DNA of 64,000 nucleotides, taken from positions 6,760,001 through 6,824,000 of the forward strand of contig NC_087252.1 of assembly GCF_037042905.1 (NCBI RefSeq). Reading direction: 5' to 3'. The stretch is from Lytechinus pictus. Lineage: Eukaryota. Both the position numbers and the translations under genes were made by a program. Below the pieces are notes generated by a model. It was not told the DNA's origin. It was given only the letters and a program-made list of their open reading frames with translations, and ran no database searches. Each line of letters begins with the position of its first letter. Positions within the stretch are counted from its first letter, which is position 1. Positions 50,856 to 62,507 of the stretch are shown piece by piece.

Positions 50856-53800
50856 CTGTGAAATAAGAAAGAAATCGTTAAGATTTTAATGTCATAAAAA
50901 ATAAATTTCAAACCAGTAATGATAAATTCAAATTTACTTCTATAATTGCGGTATTTCAGAGATTAGATTTATTTAGTTATTTACTTATTTATTTTCAAAA
51001 AAAAATATGTAATACATGTTTTATAGATCAAAATAATATCAACTGCATGTCATGAAAGACTTCTGTTAAAAGAAAGAAATAGATTCATTGTAATATAAAT
51101 GGTACACATAAAAATCATACAAATTATTATACAATAAAAACAAATAAGGGCTTGTTATGTAACATATGTGTACAACTTACGTGCAAATCCCCAAACAATA
51201 TTCCAGTAAGATAAATGTGTGCATATACGTAAGTAAGCTCGTAATGAAAAATAATTAGTTTTCACATAAATATGAAAAATGATAATGGAGATAAGTGCAG
51301 ATATCATTGTTTTATTGTATCTAACATATATATTTTTTTCCTTGATATTATATGATACCATTAAGAAATTAATTGTATAATAGATCATTAATAAGATTAA
51401 ATGATAAAGAAAAGCGTAGTTAAAAAACACCAAGGAGTGTAAGAAAGACAGGATTGTTTTAATATTACGTGTTTCTTTTCTAAAGTCCTGTCCATACTCT
51501 TCAGGATGTGATCAAAGTTACTACGATTTTGGGGTTCCTTGTCCCAGCAACCAGTCATAACCTCATACCTTTGAAATAAATTTAAGATGATGTTTATAAA
51601 AAAATATGTATATATTATATAAATGATTAAGGAAGTATAAATGAAATTGATTTAAAACATGGAATTATTAGAGGGGTAGGTCTATATTCTAAAGGCTGAA
51701 AATTTTATGATTTAAACAGACAGGGTTAAATCACACAAACAAAAGACGGGGAATTCCTTCAAAATCTTACAATAACAAAGGTATAATATTTTTAAGTTTA
51801 GCACAATTTTTAGGTGAAATAGTTGTACGTATGTCCACTCGAGTATACAATAAGAAAGCTTTTTTAGTATATATAAACTATGATTTTTTTCCACATTTTG
51901 TCCGCCTAAAAAAAAAAAGAATGATTGATAAGTAATTTCATCTGTGAGATATTTATTGCTGTGTTTTTTTTTGTTAAAAGGAAAACATATCGTATACACA
52001 TAACAACGAAAATATGAAATAATAATGATTTCATGCAATTACTTAAGAAAAAAAATGGGACAAAACATCATCGGCCCATATTTATGACGGCGTACATGTA
52101 GCCGTTTTTATTTAAAAAAAATCCAATAATCTCGACATTCGTCAGATCTTGATGAAATAGGCATTTTGCTAATAAAATGATTTTTACTATACTTTCGATG
52201 AAAATTATTTTCAACCCGGAGTACCCCTTTAGTATAGCTCATTCGAATCATGTTTCCCTAGGATTGTGCGAAAAATCTTTATCTATGAAGATTGATTTGT
52301 TTTCTTTGTTGTGAATTTGAAACATATACGGTAAATGAAATTTACGAGAGCAAACAACAAGTGAAATTCTCTATAGGTCAATCTACAATCCTAGTAATCC
52401 TTGTCAAGCAAGTTTTAGATTTTTTTGAAAAAAAATAAGTATTACACTTCTTGTGCACAGTGACGAGGGCATGGCATCTGGTAACCATTAGCAACCTCCG
52501 TCTGAACCGTGCTGAATGTCATCTTTGGGTATGGCCTTGCACCTATCAGAATGTAAAAGCAAAAATGATATTATGAAGCATCTGAATATCATATATCTAG
52601 AAGTTGACCAAAATAATTATATATTGTTAGAAGTAGAAGTATCAGCATGATGTCAAATATTGATTCCTAATAATCAATATCTCGACACCGATAAGCATAT
52701 GTGCATATGTCCCCAACTGAAAAAAAAAAGACGTAAATGACAATTTTTTTTTGGTCAGCTTATCACAGCTAAAATTACTGCGTCTACAGTATATTATTCA
52801 GCTGATTGTCAGTCACAGGTTTAACCATACCTAACCTAAAAACTTTATTTGTAACGAGTATCAATCCCTTTTAAAATGTTCAACATCACCCGGCGTTTTA
52901 TATATCATTAGAATGTTGATATCATTATCTTTCGAGCCGAATAAGGGTATCATGTAAAATGTTATTTTGATATTTCCGTCACTGTTGTTGTTGTTGTTGT
53001 TGTAGCAGCAGTAGTCATGGTAGTAAAAGTAATGATGTTGCTTTTGTTGTATTTTGCCTTTTACCATAATCATTTACCATTTTATCATCGACAATTGGTA
53101 GAGAATTATCATAATCACCACAATCATTAAACCAATCATTGTTATTTTCTAATATATGACTAAGATATTAGACATTAACACACAAAACTTCGTGCACCTC
53201 CTTTCTTACCCAGTGTCACAATTTCCCACAAGACGATACCAAAAGACCAAATGTCTCCTTCTGTTGTTTGGTCACCCGTTGCCATGGTTTCTGGTGAACT
53301 CCATCTGGTTGGTTTCTATATAGGACGGTGTGCAGATAACGAAGAATTTTGCTTTTTACAATAATTCAAGCGATTTGAAATTATAATCTACAGTGGACCT
53401 ATAAAATGTCAAAGATGTCTTAATACTGGCCGAATAAGCAATAATAGACTGGTATAGTTGCAGGTCGAGGATCAAAGTCAAGGGTCACGTGACTTAGGGT
53501 TTCAGCCTCGCTTTATTTAGTATCATATATCTTAATTTACATTATTAAATTATCAAATAGGAGATAAATCTCTATCACAAACCTGCAACATAAACATTCA
53601 TTATTGTAAGGCATAACGAGTCACACTTACAGCTACGTCACCAAAGAGCGATGAAGAAAGTCCATAATCTGATATCTTGCACTGCTTTCTTTCTCCCAGC
53701 AAAACATTGTGAGCGCAAAGAGATCCATGGATTATCTGAAGAAAAGAGAAATACACCTGCAACTTTATAAAGTCTTTAATGTATTCATCTATTCTGATCT

Positions 53801-56800
53801 TTGTGAAAGTAGACACATCTGTAATGAAAGACACAGGAGCAATAAACCTTTCCTTTTCCTGTAATGTTTCAAAACAAAAAATAAATTAGGTTTCTGGAAA
53901 GCATGGCTGCCGAAAATATTTCTGAGGATATGGTTGTACGGGGTTGCAACCCTGATTGAGGAAAGAGTTGTCTATCTTAGACCGATCAAGCTATTCAAGT
54001 ATGAGTTCGAGGGTCCGTTTCAGCTTAAAAGCCGATTTTAATTCAAAACCCAACTGCTTTCCTTTCCTCTTCTTAAATCTGAAAATCATTTCTTTTTATT
54101 TAATATGAATAAAATATGCAAATTTATTCATAAAAAAATATATGCATATTTAACACCCAATTTCATTTCAAATTTTCTTCGTTTTTTGCAGATGTCATCA
54201 TTGTAATCTACTTTAGAGGTTTCCACACAGAAAAAATGTGAAAGCCAATTTTTTCCTTATGTATTTCTTTGCCTTTGGAATTTCTTATGTATTTCTTTAT
54301 TTTTCATCTTTTGTTTTTTCATTTTTTTTTCAATGGAAATTATTACAGACTATTTAAAAGCTAAATTAAACCCTAAATCAATTGAGCAGATCAACGAACA
54401 ATAATCACCCTTTTATGAATTTCATCTCCCATAGACTCTGTACACAAAGTATAAAAATGACCCATTTTCGACATGACATTGTCTCGTAAAAAGTCACGTG
54501 ACGTCACGATACCTATGTCACGAATTTGGACCCAAAAGTTGCGCGAGACTTTAAAGAAAAAAAGTCATTAAATTTTGCGGCGCTATCATTTTGCGTTTTG
54601 GAAATCTTCGCGCAGTCCTTTTAGGGTTAAGAAATCTCATTTTAATAATACCTTCATAGATGCAAGGAACTGCATCCCTTTAACAACCTGCCATGCCAAG
54701 TTAAGTAGGATACCCTCATCAATAAGAACACCGTTTGGTTTGAGATTACTGTACGTTGGTTGGGATTGCACCCCTGAAGTCTGTAGATGGGTAAGGAGTG
54801 TACCCCCTGATATGAACTCGTACAAAATACTACCTGCATGCGTGAATAATAGATTGTAATAGAAATAGAAAGGAAAACTCTGTGACGTCATGTTTAGTAG
54901 AGCATCTTCTTCAGTGTAATTAAGGATGAATATACTTAACTTTGAATGGATTGTTACTGACTCTTCTCGTTTTGTTTTGGTGATAGACCCCCCCCCCCCC
55001 ACTCTGTCTGTCAATCTCTTTTGGGGGTTTCTGTCTCTCGTCGGGATGCCTCGGATGGGGGAAGGAGGCCAAAGATTACCGATATAGATAAATACAGTGC
55101 CTCCCACAAAAAACGAAACCGAGATTTATAGATGATTTATCATGCCTTAATCGCAAGTAAAATAGACAAATGACCTATCATTGTAAAGCTTGGGGTCTCT
55201 ACTTTGATTTAAAATAATTTAGATCATTCCTCATTCAAGCATGTGTGAGCAGAAAAAAATGAAGAAAGGAAACCAAAAAGTCACTTGGCGGGCGGTATCT
55301 GACTTTCCAAAAGAAAATCACATTAAAAAAAAATTCAATATCTGTTCTTTTATTTGATACCTCAATTACAAAAACGGTCAAGAAATAACAAAGTTTTGTT
55401 TATTTATTTGGATTCCAATAACTTCGTAAAGTGAAGAGATTTTACGGGATAGCTTTTAGACTTAGTCGACACTCGGTTTTTTTACGATCAGCCATGTAGT
55501 CAGGTCCAGATTTTTTTTAAATGTGCTCAGAGAAAGTGCTTTAGGCATTTTGTGTTAATGCTGATTTATCGTTTGTTTTAAGATAATTCAGGGGTGCTGA
55601 ATAAAAAAATGGTGTTTGCCAAACTTGATTTTGACGTTTTCATCCTCAAACCGGCAAAAACCAAAATGGCGGCATTTTGAATGCAGTTTCCCATATTAAA
55701 CTATTTTTATGGGTGACTATATTTCACAAAAATTGGGATCTATGCGTTATTTTTCATAGCCAAGGTGGCAAACATAATGTGTCCGATTGAGTCGTCAGCC
55801 ATCTTTATTTCCTAGATGGCTGCCATGATTCACAGCTGCTGATTGATAGATAATATGGCCAAATGTTTGATAATTTGGGGGCGATGCTGGCATAATCACA
55901 TTGTGATATCTTTAACGTTTCCGCCATTTTTTCCTCGCCTGCATAGCAAAAGCAAGACATGGACGTCGCTTTTCCGACGGCGGCGATGACCATGGCGGCG
56001 CGGCGAAGTCAACATCAAATCTTAATTGAGGTTAACTTTTTGAAATGTCATAAACTTTAGGTTACAGATGTCTTTTTCATGAAAATTGGGATTAAACAAA
56101 GACTATTGAGACTGGTTATAGTTAGAAAAGGTCGTCAAGGGTACCTGGAAATCCAACATAGCGTCCAAAACGGCAGTCGCTGTATACCATCAACTCCAAA
56201 CATTAAAATAAATCATCAAAATCATCAAAAAGCTTTCAAGGCAAATTATGAATCAGAACATGTTTACAAGATAGTGTGTGTGTCAGAGAATCCAAGGTGA
56301 CCTTCCAATATGGCGTCTATAATGGACGCTGTAACTTTGAAATAGTCCGAATTCATATAATAACTTTGGGGTCAACCGAGAAAAAATAAAAAGGGAAAAA
56401 TCACATCGGAACATTTTCTAGGTTTATCAGTGGTGCAGTTTTGCGCAAAAAAAAGATGATAGCAAAAAAAAATAGCTGCTATTTCTTAAAAATGTGGCTA
56501 CAAAGTGCATATACTATCTACCTAGAGACATTTTTGTGTCTTTCTCATGATTTTAAGGGTCAAATAAAAAAGGTGAAGACGAATTACAGGAATACGCTGT
56601 TGTCTAAAAATTGGAGAACTTTCCAAAAATTACATTCGAATCGGCCACTATTGATACAAAATGACAATACTTCATATCCCATCTAGCGCCACTATTTTGG
56701 TGTCTCTGTTTTTAAGACTCATAAAGATATGTTTTACAAGAGATAGTGACATAATTAGATGATGGTGCAAAAATAAGTAAACATCCGAAAAACAAACTTT

Positions 56801-59800
56801 CAAAAATAAGATACGCTTTCACCTAAAAAGTTATATGATTCACTGATAAGTAATTCAAGACACGTCATTTTAGTGCTTAGGACTATCCTATGGTTTCATG
56901 ATTAGGAGACAGCAGCAAGTTTTACGCAATTTTAGAAGTCGCTTTGGTCTTTTTACGAAGAAAAAGAAAACTGACCATTTTTGTTATTCGCCCCCATTTT
57001 TTTTTTTTTAGCCTTGAAACCATAATAGTGTATAATTTTTTCACCTAATAATGATTATGTTTAGGTGATGGAAGTCTTTTTAGGCTCATTTTGAAAATCA
57101 TTTCTGAATAATAGGCAAAATGGACAGCTTCATACCATTGTAAATAAACCAAAAGTATTATTCAACCCTTGAAACCATAGTGTACACACCAAAATCATAT
57201 CTCCCAGCTGGATTCTAAATGGGTTATGTCAATTTTTAAGTATCAACAGCCATTTTAATCTCCTTTATAGGAAGCCATCTTGGATTTTTAGACATACAGG
57301 ATCATTGATTGCCCTTGTAGCTTATCATGTATTACTTGACCATTTAAACCGAGGGTTAGACAACATAATCATATACCCAGGCGGATATTAAACAAACTAT
57401 GTCAGTTTTTAGGAAGCAGTAGCCATTTTAGACTCCAATTTTGTTAGACTTTTTGGATTCTTGGACATGCTGGACCTCTGACTGCCCTTGTAACTTGTCC
57501 TAATTTATTTCTTGACCCTTTAAACCATGGGTTAAACACCAAAATCATATAGACCAGGCTGATATTAACCAAACTATGTCAGTTGTTCGGTAAGAACAGC
57601 CATTATATAGACTCCAATTTTGGAAGCCATATTGGATTTTTGGACATGGAGGACCATAGGCTGTCTTTGTTACTTGTCCCAAAGTATTTCTTGACCCATT
57701 AAACCATGTGTTAGACACCAACATCATATCCTCAAGGCAGATATTAAACACACTATGTCGGGTTTTATGATTTTTAGATAACAACAGCTATTTTGGACTC
57801 CAATTTTGAAATCCATCTTGGATTTCTGGACATAGTGGACCGTTGACTATCCTTGTAACTTGTCCCAGTTTACTTCCTGACCCTTGAAATCACCAATGAA
57901 TAAAACCAAAATAAAAGACACTAAAATAAGTAATAGATAAATTGTGAATTTTTAGGCCATGGCAGCCAGTTTTACGCAATCTTGGATTTTCAGGTACCCT
58001 GGAGCAGTGGCGTAGCTACGGGGGGGCCTGGGGGGGCACGTGCCCCCCCTGAGATTTGGTGTGCCCCCCCAGGTGCCCCCCCTGAAAAAAATGGCAGAGC
58101 AAAAAAAAAAAGGGAGAAAGAAGAAAAGAAAAAAGGAAAAGAAGAAGACACAAGAAAAAAAAAAGGAGAGGAAAATAAGAGGAGGAAGACGAGTGAATGA
58201 AATAATGTGAGGGGAAGACTTGCAAAAAAAAAATCCTTCATGTTACTATATAAAATTTTTGCTTGCGCTTCGCGCCAGAATTGCCTGTTCGATGAGATTC
58301 ATATCTTGCTCAATAGGCTGATACGGAGCTAGTTTTGAAGTCAATATATAAAACATATTTTAGCTCGGACATCGAGCTTTCATTATTTTTTTTCATTTAC
58401 AAATTTAAGTGCTCTGTAAAATGTCCGTTTTATGGTCTACATATCAGCATTTTAAGCTCACGCTGCGTGGTCACATTGTTTGATTTGCCAAGTTCATATT
58501 GTCTACGTGTCCCGGCTACGTGTATTCCATAATGTTCCATTAAACAAATGTATTCAGAATCCCCAGATTCTAGGTATAAATCTAAAACATGCGCGATAGC
58601 CTGCATGTTCTTTATTTAAAATGTACTTAAATTATCCAGTTTCACATCAGAATATCAATAATTGTCTGCTCACGCTTCACGATCGCATTATTAATGATAC
58701 CCAATTAACTATTTCCTATTTATGATTTACAAAATATGAATAGAGTGTCCCACTTTTAGGTCTAAAATGTCAATTTTCTTCCTCTCGCGCTTCGCGCTCG
58801 CATCAATTGTTTAGTTACATACCTATCCCATTTATTAATCCAAAAAGTGCTTAGAATGACCTTTTTTTTTTTTAGGTCAGAATGTCAAAAAATTTGCTCG
58901 CGCTTCGCGCTCGCATTATTGAAATATATTTACCGTCTTACTTAACAGGACCCTTTTCGATAATGCTAGAACAGTTAATAAAAAATTTTCTAAAATAAAA
59001 ATATCTAGTTACATACGAATCTTGTTCAGGATCACACATAACATTGCCCAGAATATTAAATCTTCAGGACAAAATACATGAAAGTGAAAAAAAAATCGCT
59101 CGCACTTTTTATAAGGCTTATGAGATTATTTAATGTTTATGTTGTTTTATAAGAATAAAACTGAGAAGTGACTGATCGGGAAAATATAATAGGTGAAGAT
59201 AATTTCGGGCCCCGTCCCCTATTGGCGAAAGTCGGATCCGCCCTTGTGACACATACACACACACCGGAAAAAATGGTGCCCCCCCTGAAAAAGCAAGGAC
59301 CCCCCAGTGCCCCCCCAGGAAAAAAATCCTAGCTACGCCACTGCCCTGGAGTGCGTATGTTCACTCTTTCCTTTTACCACCTACACCACTGAATACATGT
59401 ATGCACCGAAAAAGATGTCTAGGGTAGATAAAGTGTCGGTTATTTTAATGGCGGCCATCTTAGACACCATCTTGAAAATAACCACTTTCCCGGATCCGGA
59501 TTTTTGTAGATTCTTAGTAAGTTATTTCTGAGAGCAAATACTACCAAAAAACATTGACAAACATTTTTGTTACAAGTTTTGGGGTTTAGAATAGAGCAAA
59601 AAAGTGTGTAGAATGGCGGCTATATTGTTTTTTGCCAATTCGAGGATTTTAACATCAACATCAAGGTTGGCAAACAGCAATTTGAGACTCAGCGCCCTCA
59701 AATTATGCAAAACCACTTCTCAATTCAGCATTAACACGATATGCCTAAGGCAGTCAACTTTTCTCAAATCTGGACCTGACTAATGCAGAAGTTTTTTCTT

Positions 59801-60930
59801 AACTGTGCGATAGCTTTGGTGGGAAACCAGTGAAAACACGTACGTTTGAAATTACGGAAATACAAGCATTGTTTTGAAGAAACATATCTTAGTTTTTTTC
59901 TTGACCATTTTCTGCGATTTAGCTATCAAAGTAAACAGCAGATATTGAATGTTTAGGCTTGTGATTTTCTTTTTGAAATTTTGACACCCCCGCCAAATGA
60001 TTTTTTGCTATCCTTTCCTCAAATTGTTTTTACTCACTCATGCGTTGGTAAAAAAAATCAGCTGAAAAAAGACATTCTAAGCTTTACAATCGTAGGTCCT
60101 TTGTCTATTGTATTTGTGATTAAGTTATGACAAATCATCGCTAAACCACGGTTTCGTTTTTTTGGTGGGACGCACTGTATATGATGATAAATGATATATA
60201 TTACGATAATTATTGATTTTTAACATGTTTCCAAGAAAATTATCTTAAAGAGTTTTACGTACCTTGTTCTTTACAATATCCTAGACATTTGACAATATTT
60301 GGTTGATCCGATAGCTCGTAAAGTACCTTGATAGCTTGAAGTACTTGTAATGATTTTGTCACGCGATCTAAGATAGTGTATAGTATATAATGAAAATCGT
60401 ATGACCTTTTATTTTAATGTTCCTTTTCCGGAGTATTTACCATTGACCAATTTCTGGACAAGCAAAGAAAATATTAAACAATAACATATTACTATTATTC
60501 AAGGGGTCATGTGTCCCCTTCGCGTAGCCTTTGCCCCCACCCCGTCCTTCTTTGAACCTGGTGAAGCTGAATTCAAATGAAAGGGAAGCCTGCCGCATCA
60601 AAACTATTTGATTATTTGCATTGGTTTCCAACACCATGTAACGGTATGGTGATAGCAAAATAATGCCAATCAATTTTCATTGAGATAACAAATTAAGCAT
60701 TACCTTTAAATTTGAATTTCTTTCATTGTTATTAATTATTCTTAACTTTACGGATTACAAAATATCACCTGGCATTTGCCTAATAGCAACGTCGAGATGG
60801 TTTTGTATTGAGTGAAGATCTCCTCTCCATACTGCGCCGAAGTCACCCCGCCCAATCGTGCCGAGTCTGGTGAAGAATGTCACGTTTTCACAGGCAATGA
60901 CGAAGGAGTGGGTAGTACCAAGTTTTAATG
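50796..60930 (-). CDS. Gene 2 (3' part, 8 exons): receptor-type tyrosine kinase domain, FGFR/RET/Tie-like, catalytically degenerate (pseudokinase)
   Basis: Exons 60769-60930, 60263-60367, 54652-54833, 53631-53735, 53210-53315, 52446-52542, 51469-51568, 50796-50855. All introns are GT-AG with consistent phases and there are no internal stops. Motifs: [60 protein letters not shown], CW…R..F. Confidence 0.92.
51469..51568 (-). CDS. Gene 2 exon (YEVMTGCWDKEPQNRSNFDHILKSMDRTLEKKH)
   Basis: Subdomain XI pattern Y..M..CW...P..R..F. Confidence 0.93.
52446..52542 (-). CDS. Gene 2 exon (GARPYPKMTFSTVQTEVANGYQMPCPRHCAQEV)
   Basis: Subdomain X pattern G..PYP…GY.M..P..C..E. Confidence 0.93.
53210..53315 (-). 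CDS. Gene 2 exon ([35 protein letters not shown])
   Basis: Tyrosine-kinase subdomains VIII-IX. Confidence 0.95.
53631..53735 (-). CDS. Gene 2 exon: catalytic loop and DFG equivalent ([35 protein letters not shown])
   Basis: Aligns with IHRDLAARNVL….KISDFGL; ttcag| acceptor, |gtaagt donor. Confidence 0.93.
54652..54833 (-). CDS. Gene 2 exon: hinge, insert and alphaE (SILYEFISGGTLLTHL…PTYSNL…[16 protein letters not shown])
   Basis: EF..GG.L..L and A.Q..KGM.FL motifs. Confidence 0.93.
55497..59782. mobile_element. Academ-like non-autonomous element (TAG…CTA termini, 3-bp TSD ATG)
   Basis: atg|tagtcaggtccagattt … aaatctggacctgacta|atg; internal ~120-bp tandem units at ~57160-57900. Confidence 0.8.
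58005..59343. mobile_element. 1339-bp non-autonomous hAT element, copy B (TSD ccctggag)
   Basis: Same TIRs; perfect 8-bp TSD at 57997-58004 and 59344-59351; nearly identical to copy A. Confidence 0.93.
60263..60367 (-). CDS. Gene 2 exon: alphaC region ([35 protein letters not shown])
   Basis: PNIV..LG.C motif; phase 1-1. Confidence 0.9.
60769..60930 (-). CDS. Gene 2 exon: Gly-rich loop and beta3 (…[17 protein letters not shown]…VAIRQMP)
   Basis: cacag| acceptor, CAG|gtgata donor; GxGxFG motif. Confidence 0.9.
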
Positions 60931-62117
60931 CTGTGTATACACAAAAACGTGTAACTTTACTCATAAACAGGTGTACAGTTTTGACACTATAAAGACACAC
61001 CAAATGAGTAAAGTTTACTCATCAAATTCAGTTTCTTCTGTATTACTCATCTTGTGAGTTCCCGATGTAATGCAGATAAGTGAGTGTTCGCGATTGACAC
61101 TATAATGACACACTGGTGAGTATTATTAGTGATTTTTTTCTTAAAAATACTCATGATTGTGAATATTATTTACATACGATTACGAGTGAATAAACTAACA
61201 CAATCATGAGTATTTTGAAGAACACTCAAGAAAATAAACAAAATGAACAAATCTTTTATCATCTTTATTGTTAAAACTGCTCCAACGACTGAGCCTTTTT
61301 ATTGTTTACTTAAAATTTACAAAGGTAACAACAACAACTGGCAAGTGTGCAGCAAATATGTTTGAAAACAACAATCAAAACAACTATAACGACTTGGCAA
61401 AGGTTTCATCAAAGTTAAATGCAGGGATGTCAGGAAAGGAATTTCACGATAATGCCGTTAATATTAATAACAACAGCACATTTAAGTAAAATTTCCATAA
61501 TAAAAACGTAAACATAAAACAAACTTACCGGTGAAGACTAAATACTTTAGTCAAACTCTGACTCCATTGCATGCATGCAGCCGATCTTTGCTCTCGCATG
61601 ATCGCGTGCATGACAGCAAGTGGCTGTTTAGACCAAAAGCTTCAGTTTCTGTATTTTGGTTGTTCCGCTGAACTGCGTTGGCTCTACTCACCAATACATA
61701 GACTGAAGGGTTCTTGGCCCGTACGTACAGCCAACGTTTTAGCAGTAACATTAGATCTAACATTCGGTGGAAACCCGATTTTGTGATCGTTTTTATGTAC
61801 ATACAATGTCAGATTGTAAAAAAGAAAGTACATTCAAACTTACGAGAAAATATATAAAACTCAGAAATATGGTACCTCAGACCGCAGTTACTGCTAATTC
61901 CTTTCAAATGATGATCGAAAAATAGTCATCTTCGATACTTTCGTTGGTCAACGTAAGTTGCCATCTTGGATGACGTCATCATCCTTACAGACGTATTTAC
62001 CAGTCGCTATATATCGCGATTTGTGCCGCTGGTTTGCGCTTGTAGATTTGCAAGCGTTAGGAACTTGTCGCTCGCATTGATTGGCCAGGATATCGAAAAT
62101 TTAATCGGAAAGCCTTG

Positions 62118-62310
62118 AGTGTGTGTGTGTGTGTGTGTATTTGAGTTTTGTCAGACGTGTATCAATCAGATATGATTATTTACGTCTGGGACCGACCTTT
62201 AACGTCACCATCCGAAAGACGTGACCGGGGCTCGAACCTCGAACCTCTGCATCAATTTGTAACTTCCCCACATAGCTTGGATTACAGGCGCACGCCACAA
62301 CGCCCAGTTG
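62118..62310 (-). mobile_element. SINE-like unit with 7SL(Alu-domain)-like head, copy 1
   Basis: Minus strand ACTGGGCGTTGTGGCGTGCGCCTGTAATCCAAGCTA…GGTTCGAGCCC…TCGGATGGTGACGTTAAAGGTCGGTCCC…(CA)n. Confidence 0.75.
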
Positions 62311-62323
62311 TGAAGTGCAAGTA

Positions 62324-62507
62324 GTGTGTGTGTGTATTTGAGTTTTGTCAGACGTGTATCAATCAGATATGATTATTTACGTCTGGGACCGACCTTTAAC
62401 GTCACCATCCGAAAGACGTGACCAGGGCTCGAACCTCGAGCCTCTGCATCAATTTGTAACTTCCCCGCATAGCTTGGATTACAGGCGCACGCCACAACGC
62501 CCAGTTG
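62324..62507 (-). mobile_element. SINE-like unit with 7SL(Alu-domain)-like head, copy 2
   Basis: Nearly identical to 62118-62310 (a few substitutions), same orientation. Confidence 0.75.

Larger units (their letters stand above)
55095..60177. mobile_element. Tc1/mariner-like MITE (~0.8 kb net, TA TSD) split by nested insertions
   Basis: TA|cagtgcctcccacaaaaaacgaaacc … ggtttcgtttttttggtgggacgcactg|TA with long imperfect inverted arms. Confidence 0.85.

Noticed and set aside
62118..62507. Genuine 7SL RNA gene or human Alu contamination
   Set aside because: Similarity is limited to the first ~45 nt. There is no S domain, dimeric Alu body or poly-A tail, and the rest of the unit is unrelated to 7SL or Alu.
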